Shown one piece after another: positions 1-12,520 of a stretch of 64,000 bases of DNA (its first letter is position 1; every line of letters starts with the position of its first letter). Origin of the DNA: Prasinococcaceae sp. CCMP 1430 (Eukaryota; Plantae; Prasinodermophyta). The notes under the pieces were generated by a model, which was given only the letters and a program-made list of their open reading frames with translations, made no database searches and was not told where the DNA came from. Made by a program: the position numbers and the translations under genes. The stretch is taken from positions 353,248-417,247 of the forward strand of contig RQSC01000029.1 of the NCBI GenBank assembly GCA_013416795.1, written 5' to 3'.

Positions 1-176
1 TCATGCAGCGCGGCGACGACACTGCCGAGGCGCTCAAGTCGCGCCTTGAGGCCTACCACGCGCAGACGGTGCCCATTCTCGCGCACTACGAGCCCACGGG
101 CGTGGTGTCCAAGGTGGATGCGAACAGGCCGCAGGATGACGTGTGGGCCTCCATCGAGAAGGTCATCTCGGCGTGA
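1..176 (+). CDS. ADK: Adenylate kinase, C-terminal fragment (5' part outside window)
   Basis: Frame from nt 3 reads [29 protein letters not shown]...SIEKVISA*. This matches the post-LID QRxDD-x-E-x-RLxxYHxQTxP motif. Confidence 0.88.
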   Translation, partial: MQRGDDTAEALKSRLEAYHAQTVPILAHYEPTGVVSKVDANRPQDDVWASIEKVISA

Positions 177-545
177 GCAGCACCACGCCGAGCAGATGCC
201 CCCGCCACTGTAGCTTCATTCATTCTTGCAAAGGTCCAGTCCATGCTCGCACCAGCGCGTCAATCCACCCCGCGCGCGCCGCCCACGCGCAGCGGCGCTT
301 GCACTGCGAGGCACGGGAAGAGCGTGGCCTGCGCCCATTCGAAGCTCAGGAGCTCGCGCTCGCGCCGCCGCGCGATCCCTTGCGCGACGGCTCGCCATCG
401 AAACGCATGCGTTTTTTGGCGCGCCATTTGAACCCTAACCGAAACATATGCACTAACCCGATACTGTACTTTCCCGACACCTTAACCCAAACCGTGCGCC
501 AGGGCAGTGCCTGCGGGGCGCCCTCGGCGCCCGGCGGCAGGGGGG

Positions 546-2024
546 ATGCGCTGGACCACTGCTGCCACATGGCCGGCGGCGGCGGCGCGGGGGGCGCCCA
601 GGGGTGGGGGTGCACCCTCTGGCATCAATGGCGCGCGCGGCGGCGCGCGCGGCAGCGCGGCTTCGGCGGCCGCGGCGGCTGCCGCGGCCGCCACCGCGGT
701 ACCGGCGGGGGGGCGCTGTGCTGCAGCGACAGGCGCGTTCGCAGGCGGGGCGGCAGCATGGGTGGAGGGACGCCCGCTGCTGGCGCTCAGGGGGCTGGGA
801 GAGGGGTGTCTGCAGCGTTCTGGGCACCGAGCGTCTTGCGCATGGGCGAGGTGCCCCGCGCCGTTTGGCGCGCGAGAGGCCCATTCCGGCGGGCCATGCG
901 CGCGCAGTCACCAGTACGACGGCGCGCTCGGCGCGAACGCGCGCTGCTCGAGCGCCAAGCGCCCCTACGCGCGCGGTAGCGGTGGCAGTGCGGACGGCGG
1001 CAGGACAGATGGCGCCGTGCGCGCGGCGCACGCGGGCGGACACCGCAGTGGCGAAGAAGAGGCCGAGCATCCGCCGCCGTTGCAACAGCAGCATGTCGAC
1101 GCAGGGGGGCGGCCGCAGGAGGGCGAAGGGGCGCTCTCGCGCCTGCTAGCGTCGCCGTACGCGCGCCTCATGCGATTGGAGAAGCCCGCAGGCACGCTGC
1201 TGCTGTTCTGGCCGTGTGCTTGGTCGATCGCGCTCGCGGCCCCCTCGGGCTGCGCGCCCGATGCCACGCTGCTCGCGCTCTTCGGCGCCGGCGCCGTCCT
1301 GCTGCGCGGTGCGGGGTGCACCGTGAACGACCTGTGGGACCGCGACCTGGACGCGCGCGTGGAGCGCACGCGCACGCGGCCACTCGCCGCGGGTGAGGTG
1401 ACGCCGCTCGCGGCCACGGCCTTCTTGGGCGCGCAGCTGCTGGCGGGGCTGCAGGTGTTGCTGCAGCTGAACGACTTCTCAAAGCTACTGGGCGCGAGCA
1501 GCCTGCTGCTGGTGGGCACCTACCCGCTCATGAAGCGGGTCATTGACTGGCCACAGGCGTTCCTTGGGCTGACGATCAACTGGGGCGCGCTGCTGGGCTG
1601 GGCAGCGGTCCACGGCGAGCTCGACGCCTCGGTGGTGCTGCCGCTCTACGCGGGCTCGGCGCTGTGGACGCTATACTACGACACGGTGTACGCGCACCAA
1701 GACAGGAAAGACGACGAGGTCGTCGGCGTGCTCTCCTCAGCGCGCGCGCTTGGGGCGGCGGGAACGCCGCCCGCGCTGGCCGCCTTTGCTGCAGGCAGCG
1801 GCGCGCTGCTGGCGGCGGCTGGTGGCGCGGCCGGGTTGGACGGAGGCGCCGCCGCTGCCGCGTACGGCGGCGGCCTCGCGGCCTCGGGGGCGCTGGTGAC
1901 CACGCAGCTCGCGCGCATGGACGTGGACGACCGCGCGCAGTGCGCCGAGTTCTTCAACCAGCACGCGTACTTCGTGGGGCCGATGGTCTTCGCCGGCGCC
2001 GTCGCCGGCAAGCTGCTGGCGTGA
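546..2024 (+). CDS. COQ2: 4-hydroxybenzoate polyprenyltransferase (UbiA/COQ2), probably mitochondrial; start uncertain
   Basis: Motifs [59 protein letters not shown] and [11 protein letters not shown]. Confidence 0.93.
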   Translation: MRWTTAATWPAAAARGAPRGGGAPSGINGARGGARGSAASAAAAAAAAATAVPAGGRCAAATGAFAGGAAAWVEGRPLLALRGLGEGCLQRSGHRASCAWARCPAPFGAREAHSGGPCARSHQYDGALGANARCSSAKRPYARGSGGSADGGRTDGAVRAAHAGGHRSGEEEAEHPPPLQQQHVDAGGRPQEGEGALSRLLASPYARLMRLEKPAGTLLLFWPCAWSIALAAPSGCAPDATLLALFGAGAVLLRGAGCTVNDLWDRDLDARVERTRTRPLAAGEVTPLAATAFLGAQLLAGLQVLLQLNDFSKLLGASSLLLVGTYPLMKRVIDWPQAFLGLTINWGALLGWAAVHGELDASVVLPLYAGSALWTLYYDTVYAHQDRKDDEVVGVLSSARALGAAGTPPALAAFAAGSGALLAAAGGAAGLDGGAAAAAYGGGLAASGALVTTQLARMDVDDRAQCAEFFNQHAYFVGPMVFAGAVAGKLLA

Positions 2025-2359
2025 GCCCGGAGCCGCCCGCGCCTCGGCCTCGCACGGCGCCTCTCGACGTTACGGTTACTTTTTAGGGATGCATCTTAGA
2101 CTAGGGTTAGATTGTTAGATTTGGGGTCGCGTCATCCGTTTTTTGAGGTCACATCGAATTCATCTGTAACATGCAGATAGCGATTTGGAATGCTTGCACG
2201 GTTATTGTTTGGATAAGCTAAGCCTCACCACCCTCCGGCGACGTGGCTGTGTGTGTACGGGGGGCACGTGCGTGCCACTCTGAGCGCGAGGTCGGGCGCT
2301 GGCAGCCCCTCTCGGAGGAGGAGGGCGGTGCGCGGGTGGGGCTGACACGAGGCGGCGCG

Positions 2360-3350
2360 ATGGTGGCGGCGGCGCGAGGTGCGCGGCTGAGCGGGCATGC
2401 GCGGCGGCGCGCGCGCGCGGGCGTGGCTGCGTCGGCGCGCGCACAGCGGGCGTCCGTGCAGGCTGCGTCGGCGCGCGCACAGCGCGCGTCCGCGCCGTGG
2501 CCCGCCGCAGTGGCGGCAGCGGCGGCAGTCGCACTCTCTGCCGCCGCGCCAGGCGCCGCACTTGCGAGAGACCTGGAAGAGGTGGGGCCAGACCTCAACA
2601 AGCCTGACAGATGTAGCGTGGAGAGGCTCTCTGATTTCAGAGACTTCAGGGAGAACTACTCTCTCGAGGTGGCGGGCGGCAGCGCGCCAGAGGTACGCGC
2701 GTGCGCGCGCGCGACCCCCCGCGCACGCGATACCTCCTTCGCTGTACGCTGACGACAGGTTCTGCGCGCCCAACGCGCCCGCGGCGCACGCAGGCCGAGG
2801 TTGACGTGCGCGGATGCGACTTCAGCGGCCTCGACCTGCACGGCGCGACGCTCAGCGCAATCAACGCTGCTGGAGCGAGCTTCGAGGGGTCCGACCTGTC
2901 GGATGCCATCCTCACGCGCGCCTACCTCCGTCGGGCGAACCTGAAAGGGGCCAACTTGACTAGCGCCACGCTGTACGAGGTGCGTTGAGTCTGCGATGAC
3001 GCGTGCGTCGCTCGCGCGCATGCACTGGGTAGCTGTGAGCCGTGCGCGGGGTGCTGACCCAACATGGCTGTGGCCTCCACGCGTATGCGCGGGCGCGCGC
3101 GAATGCATGCCGCGGGGCGCCACAGACGCAGCTGCAGGGCGCCGACGTCCGCGATGCCTCCTTCGAGAATGCGCTCATGAGCGGCGTGTTCTTCGGGAAG
3201 GACGAAGGGCAGGTTGATGCGCACTCCAACGAGTTCGCGCAGATGGAGGGCGCGAACCTTGACGCCATCTTCTCGCGTAGCGACGTGCGCGAGCTCTGCA
3301 CCAACCCTACGCTCGACGACATGCAAAAGGGTTTTTACCTGGGATGCTAG
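2360..3350 (+). CDS. Plastid (thylakoid-lumen-type) pentapeptide repeat protein, 3 exons
   Basis: Arg/Ala-rich transit peptide plus hydrophobic AxA signal. Repeats CDFSG/LDLHG/ATLSA, ASFEG/SDLSD/AILTR, ANLKG/ANLTS. Introns begin at about 2693 (GTACGC) and 2980 (GTGCGT). Ends ELCTNPTLDDMQKGFYLGC*. Confidence 0.85.
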
Positions 3351-3518
3351 ATGCCCCAGCCCCCATCACGCGCCACGCACGCACACACCGCGGCGGCGCG
3401 CACGCATGAGAGCGGCGCAACTGCCACCGCCCGTGCGCACAGACGCCTCAGTGTGTACAAGAGACGATGTACGTGTACAAGGAAAATACATATGTGTGCG
3501 AACGCCTACCTCGCCCGC

Positions 3519-5040
3519 TCACTCACGCGCCGCGCGCCCGCGCCGCGGGAGAGGGGGGTACCACGCGCGCTTGGCGAACTCTTTCTGCTCGGGCTTGAGG
3601 GTCTTGTACTTGGAAAAGTCCCTGTCGTGCGTGTAAGAGAGGCACTGAGGGTCAGGCTCCTCGGTCTCCCCGGGGATGCTCAGCTCGCGGTAGGGCGTGC
3701 TCTTGCGCCACAGGTGGTTATGGTTCCAGACAATCAAATTGATGCGCTCGCCAGAGGTGATGTCGTCCGCACCGTGGCGATGCCTGCCCAAGTGCACCAG
3801 GCATCGGCCCTTTTTGTGGCGGTACACGTGCCGCAACTTGCGCAAGCGGTTGCCGCCACCCTCATCGGTGTCTTCCCCCATGACGCCGCAGAGAGACAGC
3901 CCGGCGCCCTCGAAGTTCTTTCCCAGGCAGGTGTTGAAAGTGACGTCGGAGTCGTCGGTGTGCATGTCCAGACCCAGGTCCGCCCCCAGCTCGTAGTGCA
4001 CCAGGAAGGAGTGGTGCGCGTCGAAGCGACAGCCCTCGGTGGGAAAGAGCATGGCGGCCAGCGGCTGAAGCGCGCGGCGCTGGAGCGCGTCGAGCGTGCC
4101 CTCGAGGCCGATCTCGTTGAGAATCAGTCCGTAGGCATTCATGCTGTTGGGCCTGCGCACCGGCAGCCCGCTGGCCTGATAGTGCTCCGCCTCCTCGACG
4201 AGCTTGTCGCAGAAGCTCTCCTTGAGGAAGGCGAACGAGTACGCGCCCTCACACTCCTTGGTGAGCAGGCGCGCGAGGCGCGCGCGCCTCTCCTCGGGCG
4301 CGAGCCCCTCGTCGAGCACCGCATTCGCGAAGTCCTCGTCGAACCACTCGTGCGGCAGGCCGCTCGCGTCGGCGCCAAAGAGGCACGCGTGCTTGCGCAG
4401 CGGCGCGTAGCGGGCGATGAGCGCATGGCGCTCCGCATCCTGCCGTGCAACCGCAGCCCACTGCGCGCAGACCTCGGCGTACTGCTCCTCAGGCATGATT
4501 CCCTCGGGCCACCTGAGCGGCCGCGACAGCAGCTCGTGCGCCGCGCGAAGGCAGCCGAGGACGTCGTACTCCCCACGCTCGTTGGGTGGGTAATTCTCCT
4601 CGCGGTAGAACACCGGCATCGGCTCGCCGTCATCGGCGAGCAGCAGGTGTCGCATCACGCCGCGCGCAGCGACGCGCGGCGGTCGCGTGGGAAAGTCGGC
4701 TGGCACCGTGAGCGTGAAGCGCACGCCGCGGTCGTACGGCCCGCCCGCCGCGCCGCGCACTGTCGCGTCCACCTCCCACGGCCCTTGCGTGGCGCCGTCG
4801 GCATTGGGCGCAACGACGACGGCGCGCCGCTCTCCGCCACCTTCCTCGCCATCACCTGCATCCTCCTCCCCGCCATCGTCTGCTGCCTCCTCGAAGAGGA
4901 AGTGCGCGAGCGCACGCGGCTCCGCGGAGAGGCACTCGACGTACGCGGGCAGCTCGGCCGCGCGCGCGCCACCCGGGCTCAGGGCGGCGAGCTCCTCGCG
5001 CAGCGCCGCGAGCGCTGCGGCGGGGGTCGGCCACCGCCAT
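3519..5040 (-). CDS. 2OG-Fe(II) dioxygenase (OGFOD2/ICU11-CP family) with N-terminal E2/UBC-like domain; apparent 1-nt frameshift after codon 6
   Basis: Metal-binding motif LDMHTDDSDVTFNTCLG, then HLGRHRHGA..ITSGERINLIVW. The N-terminal part reads WEVDATVRG..GGPYDRGVRFTLTVPADFPTRPPRV. ATG at 5040 joins the frame if one C of the run near 5022-5026 is removed. Confidence 0.85.
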
Positions 5041-5148
5041 CCGCCGTACCGCGGGCGCCGCCGCTGCCGCTGCGCGACACCCTCTAGGGGCGAGCACCCG
5101 CAAGAGTCGCGCGAGCATGCACCCGCACCGCGGCGCGCGTGCGTGCGC

Positions 5149-5558
5149 GCGCTGTGCCGCGGCGCGCCCGCGAGCGAGCGACTGTGTGCGAGCGCCCCGC
5201 CTGGCCTCCCTCAGCCACCACCGCCTGGAGGCCGTGCTGGCGCCCGCCCCCCTTCGCTGCCGGCGCCCGTGCGCCACTGTGGCAGTGGCATTGGCGTGGC
5301 GTCACGAAAATTTTGACGCCTGCGAATATGATTTTTTTTTTTTACTGTCGATGTGCTGGCGGCCTCCAGGCGGTGGTGGCTGAGGGAGGCCAGGCGGAGC
5401 GCTCGCACACAGTCGCTCGCTCGCGGGCGCGCCGCGGCACAGCGCCCGCCCTCTTTCGCTGCCGGCGCCCGTGCGCCACTGTGGCAGTGGCATTGGCGTG
5501 GCGTCACGCCAATTTTGACGCCTGCGAATATGATTTTTTTTTTATACTGTCGATGTGC
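5149..5558. repeat. Complex A-B-A'(inverted)-B duplication
   Basis: 5149-5234 is the near-perfect reverse complement of 5360-5445. 5240-5356 is directly repeated at about 5442-5558 with few differences. Confidence 0.92.
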
Positions 5559-5596
5559 AGCGTTGTGCCTTGCACGTTGCCACTGCGTGTGCACGT

Positions 5597-5730
5597 CGAC
5601 GGAAGAGTGTGCCAGTGTATGAATGTGTATCATGTCATTGTGCGTGTGATATGCGTGTGTGCTCTTCGACGGAAGTATCTGCCAATGTATGAGTGTGTAC
5701 GTCAGGATGGGTGTGATATGCGTGTGCATG
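5597..5730. repeat. Diverged ~70 bp tandem duplication
   Basis: CGACGGAAGAGTGTGCCAGTGTATGAATGTGTA...GTGTGATATGCGTGTG is followed by CGACGGAAGTATCTGCCAATGTATGAGTGTGTA...GTGTGATATGCGTGTG. Confidence 0.7.
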
Positions 5731-5752
5731 TGAGCTGGCATGTGCATGCATG

Positions 5753-6534
5753 TCATGCCACATCACGGGGTGCCAGTGTGTATGTGCCTTCGGGCGAATG
5801 CCCAGTGCGCGAAGACTGCCGCTTCTTGTGAAAGAGCCAGGTAGCACCCTTGGCTTTGCGCAAGATCTCCACAGGCCTGAGCTTGTGCAGCGCTTCGTAG
5901 GGCATCTCGACGACCTCGTAATTGCCCCTCTCCTCGGCTAGAAGGACGCCGACCGCAACTTGAAGGCATGAAGTCAGGGTGCGTGGGGCGGATCCCTCAC
6001 ATCTATGCCAGCATCGAGCAAAAGTCGCACGCAATCGGTATTGCCCATCGAAGTTGCCTCAGAAAGTAGAGATTGCACCACGTGATCAGAAGGTTTGACA
6101 TTGGCGCCCGCCGTCAGCAGGAGCTGGAGACAGTCGACGCGTCCACAGATTGCAGCCACCACCGAGACACGCCCGAGCGCGTCCTTATCAAACCCGACGA
6201 CGTTAGTCATCGTTAGCCCGTCATCATAGATAGTAGAGCTGATCTGAATCGCGCACTTGAGAACCTCTGTCTGCCCCTGGTCTGCTGCATATATGACGAG
6301 CGTCCAAAAATCACGAGTGTCCTTTGACAGCAACCACTCGACCAGCCAACCAACGGCGCTATTCGTGGCGGACCGCGCCGCGTCGCGCTCCTCCCGCGCC
6401 GCGCGCACATCCGCAGCATTGGTGCCCAGCGTCTGCGCAACGAGAAGGAGCGCCTGCCGCGCGCTCTCCGCCCTCGCCGCGCCGTTCGCGCCAGTGCCGT
6501 CCATGTCGCTGTCGTATTTCTCTGCGACGCACAA
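5753..6534 (-). pseudogene. Ankyrin-repeat gene, frameshifted or degenerate at the 3' end
   Basis: Ankyrin-like units AADQGQTEVLKCAI, AAICGRVDCLQLLLTAGANV and ATSMGNTDCVRLLLDAGIDV. A further unit (AEERGNYEVVEM) continues in another frame after the stop at 5974. Confidence 0.6.
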
Positions 6535-7590
6535 AAAATCGCTGCTGTTGGCCCAGTATTTGGTGCCGACTGCCGAGGCCAGGGCCGCGCTCCCGCGAAG
6601 GCTCGCCCGGGTCTCCTTGGCGCGGCCGAGGCGGAACTGTCGCTGCCGCCTGGTGTCTGCTTCCGCGCGAGGGCGGGGGCGGCGGCGGGCCCAGGGCGCG
6701 CGCGCGCGCGTGCAGTGGCACCACTCGCATGCCCTCTCTCAACCAGCGCGAAGCGATTAAATTTGCCCGTTTACGATCTGACGAAATGCGTAATTATGCA
6801 GTTTTATATGACAATGAATGTATTCAAAACATGCAGAAAGCAATTGGGAAGGCGTCGTCGCCGAGCGAACCTCGCTTCCGCCAGACACGTGGAGCGACGG
6901 AGAAGTTCGGGAGAACGGGAAAACACGCCATCGATAGCGCTTTTCAATTTTGAATGCATTCTGATGTGTCAATTACTCTCCCGTGGGTGATCTGCGGCCG
7001 GGCGCGCGCGCGCGCGGCCGCTGCCACAGCGCGCGCGGCGCGAGAGGTGCGTCCCCCCCCGCCCCCCTTCCTCCCCTCCAGGGGCGCATCGCGGGGCGAT
7101 CGCGCGGGCCGATCGCTCGGGCGATCGGTTGCTGCGGCCGCTGGGGGCGCGCGCTGACACCGCGCGGTCAGCCGCCGCCCGCGAGCGCGCGGAGGCGCGC
7201 GGCGGCCGCCACCTCGGACAGCTCCACACGCAGCGCAGCGTACGGTACACGTACTGTAAGGGTTACAGAAAGGTCCAATGAATAGGGTTATTCTCTGGAC
7301 CCTGTTTTTAGTTCATGGCGCCTGCGTGCCTGCGGGGCGCGCCGCGCGCGGTTTTTTTTTCCGGTCTTGCCGCTTTTCGCGGCGATTGCCGCGGCGCGCG
7401 CCCCGAATTTCATTGTGGATGTAACCCGCGCGCCAGCAAGCCCGGCGGCGGAAAATGCGCTGAAACACCAGATCTGAAACACCAGATCTCTTATCCGCGC
7501 GTGCAGCGAGGGGTGCGGCGGCGAGGGCGAGGGCGCATGTGAGAGCGGCCACAGTTGCGCCACAAGCCGCGCGGGGCGAGGGCGCGGGCG

Positions 7591-10500
7591 ATGGCGCCTT
7601 CGCCCGATGGCGGCGCCGCCGACAAGCCCGAGGTGTTCCCCGCGTGGTGTGAGGACGCCGAAGACGTCCTCGACTTCCACGGCGTCGATGACGTCGGAAA
7701 GGGGCTGAGCTCTTCACAGGTGCGCTCGCGGCGGTGCTCGCGCGCTCAGCCGGCGCAGGGGTACGCGTGTATGCGGCATGGGGCGCACTTCGCGGCCCCC
7801 GCATTCTGCACGCCTCTACCGCGGAGTCCTGTGGCGCGGATCTGATCGCAGCCGGCGCGCTTCGAGGCTGACATGGCCGCGGCTGACCCGCGCGCACCCA
7901 CGCGCGTGCAATCTGGTAACAGGTGGCTGAGCAGCGCGCCAAGTACGGTGCGAATGAGCTCGAGCACGAAGAGGCCTCGTCGTTGTGGGAGCTCGTCCTC
8001 GAGCAGTTCGACGACATCTTGGTGAAGATCCTGCTGGCGGCGGCCGCCGTGAGCTTTGGCCTCGCGTACGTCGACGATGCGGCCGCCGAGGAGGGTTGGA
8101 CGGCATACGTCGAGCCGCTGGTCATCCTCCTCATCCTCATCCTGAATGCGATCGTGGGGGTGTGGCAGGAGAGCAACGCAGAGAGTGCTCTCGAGGCTCT
8201 CAAGGAGATGCAGAGCGAGCACGCGTCGGTCGTCCGCGACGGTCAGCGCAACGGCCATCTGCCGGCGAGCGAGCTCGTTCCTGGCGATATTATCGAGCTG
8301 CGCGTGGGCGACAAGGTGCCGGCAGACTGCCGCGTGCTCGAGCTCAAGACCGCGACGCTACGGGCGGAGCAGGCGAGCCTCACGGGAGAGTCCGTGGCCG
8401 TGCTCAAGCAGACCGAGCCGGCCGGCGCGGAGGACTGCGAGATTCAGGCCAAGGACTCGATGCTCTTCGCTGGCACCGCCGTTGCCAACGGCGCATGCGT
8501 CGCCGTGGTGAACTCGATCGGTATGGCCACGGAGATCGGAAAGATCCAGGCGTCCATCCAGGAGGCCAAGGAGGAGGAGGAGGACACCCCCCTCAAGAAG
8601 AAGCTCGACGAATTCGGCGAGCTGCTCACGCAGGTGATCGGCATCATCTGCCTCATCGTTTGGATCATCAACTACGAGCACTTCCTCCAGATGGAGTTTG
8701 ACGACTGCTGCTGGATGCCGACGAAAGTCTCTTTCGACTTTGGCAAGTGCACCTACTACTTCAAGATCGCTGTGGCTCTGGCGGTGGCTGCCATTCCTGA
8801 GGGCCTTCCCGCGGTCATTACGACCTGCCTCGCGCTCGGCACGCGCAAGATGGCCCAGCAAAACGCCATCGTGCGAAAGCTGCCGTCCGTGGAGACGCTC
8901 GGCTGCACGACGACCATCTGCTCCGACAAGACCGGCACACTAACCACCAATCAGATGAGCGTGGTGCGCATGGTGGCCCTCGGCAAGTCCGGCACTTCTG
9001 ACATGCGCGCGTACGAGGTCACGGGCGCAACCTACAACCCGCTCGAAGGCGATGTGGTCGGGCTGCCCGCCAAGATGGACCCGGCGCTCACCGCCATTTC
9101 TACGGTCGCCTCGGTGTGCAACGACTCGCGCATCCAGTTGGACGCAAGCAAGCAGGTGTACCATGCCATCGGCATGCCCACTGAGGCGGCGCTGTGCGTG
9201 CTGGTTGAAAAGATGGGACTGCCAGATGCCGCTGAAAACAAGGCGGTCATCGACGGCGCCAATGGATGCGAACCCGTCAACGCCGCCTGGCGCGAAAAGT
9301 TTAGGCGCCTGGCGACCCTCGAGTTCGATCGCAACCGCAAGTCGATGTCTGTGCTCGCCGCGATGGGCGGTGGCAGCAGCAACGGCACCGTGCCGCCGTC
9401 CCCGGGACGTCGCTCGGGTCGCCTCGCGGCCAAGACCGACGCCGCGGGCGCTGTGACCACGCTCCTCGTGAAAGGCGCGCCGGAAAACGTGCTCGAACGC
9501 TGCTCGCAAATGATGCGCGCCGATGGCTCTGTGGTGCCGCTCGCGGCCGCCGACAAGGAGGCGCTGCTCGAGACCGTTGAGGACATGGCGTCCGACGCGC
9601 TGCGCACGCTCTGCCTCGCCATGAAGACGGGCTCCGCGCTTGGAAAGCTCGACGGATACACGGGCGCAGAGCACTCGGCGCACGGCATGCTCGCCGATCC
9701 CGAAGGGTACGAGGCCATCGAGAGCGGGCTCACGTTTGTGGGTCTCGTGGGCCTTCGCGACCCGCCACGCCCGGAGGTACGCGACTCGATGGTCGCGTGC
9801 AAAGCCGCCGGCATCCGTGTGATCGTCATCACCGGCGACAACAAGAAGACCGCCGAGTCGATCTGCCGTGACATCGGCGTCTTCAGCGCCGACGAGGACC
9901 TCTCTGGCAAGTCCGTGACCGGACGTGAGTTCGCCGCGATGCCCGAAGCGGACCAGATCGCCATGCTATCGGGCGGCGGCGGTCGGGTGTTCTCTCGCGC
10001 CGAGCCCCGCCACAAGCAGGACATCGTGCGCCTGCTCAAGGGCCAAGGGGAGGTCGTGGCCATGACTGGCGACGGCGTCAATGATGCTCCCGCCCTCAAG
10101 CTCGCCGACATCGGCATCGCCATGGGCATCGCGGGCACTGAGGTCGCCAAGGAAGCGTCGGATATGGTGCTTGCGGACGACAATTTCCAGACGATCGTGG
10201 CGGCCGTGGGCGAGGGGCGTTCCATCTACGCCAACATGCAGGCCTTCATCCGTTACATGATCTCGAGCAACATCGGCGAGGTTTTCTCCATTTTCTTCAC
10301 GGCTGCGCTCGGCATGCCCGAGGGCCTCATTCCTGTGCAGCTGCTCTGGGTCAACCTCGTGACCGACGGCCCCCCAGCCACTGCGCTGGGCTTCAACCCG
10401 GCGGACATCGACACGATGCGTCGCCCGCCGCGCTCTGCGAGCGACTCGCTGATCACGCCCTGGGTGTTCCTGCGCTACATGGTAGTGGGCACCTACGTGG

Positions 10501-11042
10501 GCGCCGCCACCGTCGGAATCTTTGCCGTGTGGTACACGAGCAGCGAGTTCATGGGCATCGACCTCAGCGGCGATGGCCACACGGTCGTGAGCATGTCGCA
10601 GCTCATGGCGTGGGACAAGTGCGGTGCCGGCGGCCAGCTCTGGGAGGGCTTCACGGCATCGGCGTACTCGACGTACGGCGGCGATGCGATTGGGCCCTTC
10701 GATGACCCGTGCGACTACTTTGGCAAGGGCAAGGCCAAGGCCAGCACGCTGTCGCTCAGCGTTCTCGTGGCCATCGAGATGTTCAACGCGCTCAACGCGC
10801 TGAGCGAGGATCACAGCCTTGTGACGATGCCGCCGTGGGTGAACCCGTACCTCCTGGTTGCCATGGCCGTGTCCTTCGGCCTGCACTTCCTGATCCTTTA
10901 CGTGCCGGCGATGGCGAACATTTTCTCCATCGTGCCGCTGTCCTTCGAGGAGTGGATGCTCGTACTCGCGTTTTCGGCGCCCGTCATCCTCATTGACGAG
11001 GTGCTGAAATTCGCCGCACGCAACTACATGCACCGCCTGTGA
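7591..11042 (+). CDS. ECA: ER-type P2A Ca2+-ATPase (SERCA/ECA), 2 exons (intron 7720-7922)
   Basis: Motifs [62 protein letters not shown] and [12 protein letters not shown]. The GT..AG intron keeps phase 0. Confidence 0.97.
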
Positions 11043-12218
11043 GCTGCGTCGATCGACGTGGGCGCGGGCTCAGGGTCTTGGACATGAACCACATGGGCGG
11101 CGCGGAGCTCGCCGGCGCGGTCGCTGCGCGGTTCTTCGAGCGAGGCGCTCGCGGTGGGCGAGAGGAGCCACGAGCGGCGCGTGCGGGGACTGCGCGCGCT
11201 CCAATATGACAAAGACGATATATGAAACCGCCACCGGCAGCCCGCTCTCAGTGAGCACTTTCGCACGTGCATGCCCTCGCCCAGGCGCGCGCACTACTGT
11301 CAGCGCAGTGGTGGCACGCGCCAGCTCGCCGCGCGGTCCATCATAGGGCATACGTGCCGTCGCATTGCATCTGCTGTCCCTCTCGTAGGTAGACGTTCAG
11401 TACTGTACCACCAAATGGCATGCAAAAGGACCAATTCCCCCCTTCCCACCAGACCGACGGCAGATCCGCACGCACCCCTCCCTCCGAACCTGCACACCAA
11501 CCAAGACGGAAACTCGTCAGGGCGCCAGCACAAGCCGTCCAGCCAGGGTCGCGTGCCGCGTTCGTCGCCTCCCGGCCGCACGCCTGCGTCGCGTGCCCTT
11601 GGTCGGCCGGGCCGCCATGCGGACGCCAATTGGGGACCGTTGGTTGGTTGGTCGGTTCCGCAAACGCATGCGTCCTGCGCCGCCGCGCGCGCGTTCCCTG
11701 CCGCGCAGCCCCTGCCAACTGCCACGTCAGCTGCTGAGGACGCCACGTGGCCACGCGTTTCTCGGCTGGCGCGCCTGCTCCGTCACCGCCGCCTCGCTCC
11801 CCAACCCCCTTCCTGCGAGCGAGCGAGGGCGGTGAGCGCGCTTGGAAAAGTTGGCAAAGTGCTGGCTGGCTGGCTGGCTGGCTGGGGGTGGGGGTGGGTG
11901 GGGGTGGGGTTGGGGGGGGGTTCGGAGATACGCCAGGTGGAGCCTGGGGATTCGGCCCCTCATACCCAGCCACACATCCACGCGCGCGCATGCCCGCATA
12001 CACGCACGCGTGCGTGCACGCACGCACACACAGAGCAGACGCACACACTCACGCACCCACACGCCCACACCTCCCCCGCGCCAGCGCGCGGTCACGTCAG
12101 GTGATGGGCGGGTACGCGCTGCCGCTGCTGCTGCTGCGCGCGCCCGCGCCGCTCGCGCCAGCTCAGCGCGCGCGCAGATGAGGTTTCGGATTGCGCTGCG
12201 CGCCGAAATAACAATGCA

Positions 12219-12231
12219 ATGCGTTTTGATG
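12219..12231. promoter_or_regulatory. Recurrent intergenic motif ATGCRTTTTGATG / CATCAAAAYGCA (representative copy)
   Basis: Near-exact copies at 12219, 20651, 34535, 37959, 43882, 45117, 57521 and 57576, almost all outside CDS. Confidence 0.65.
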
Positions 12232-12520
12232 GGGGCGCGTTCCCCGAACGCGCGCGCGCGCGCGCGCGCAGGCGCGTGCGCGCGCGTCGCGAGGGCGACG
12301 GCCGGGGGAAAAGCGCGGACGGGCGCGGATTTCGCGAGCGCGCTCCGCGAGCCCCCTGCGGCGCAAGCACCTGCGCGCGCGCGCGCGCGCGCGAGCGCGC
12401 GCGGGGAAGAGGGGGCGCCTGCGCGCAGCGCGTCGCCACAACGCGCGCACAGTGCAGCTGCAGCTCCAGCCGCCGCCGCAACCAGCAAACTCTCCGATCC
12501 CAACCGCCGCGTCTGTCACC

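Noticed and set aside
2424-2500. 36-bp tandem duplication in the pentapeptide-protein transit peptide
   Set aside because: An in-frame slippage duplication in a tolerant targeting sequence; ordinary.
5149-5558. CRISPR array or autonomous transposon
   Set aside because: No regularly spaced repeats with unique spacers, and no cas, transposase or reverse-transcriptase ORF anywhere in the window.
11880-12420. G-tracts and long (GC)n runs as special G4/Z-DNA elements
   Set aside because: Such runs occur throughout introns and UTRs of this window and are not locally distinctive.
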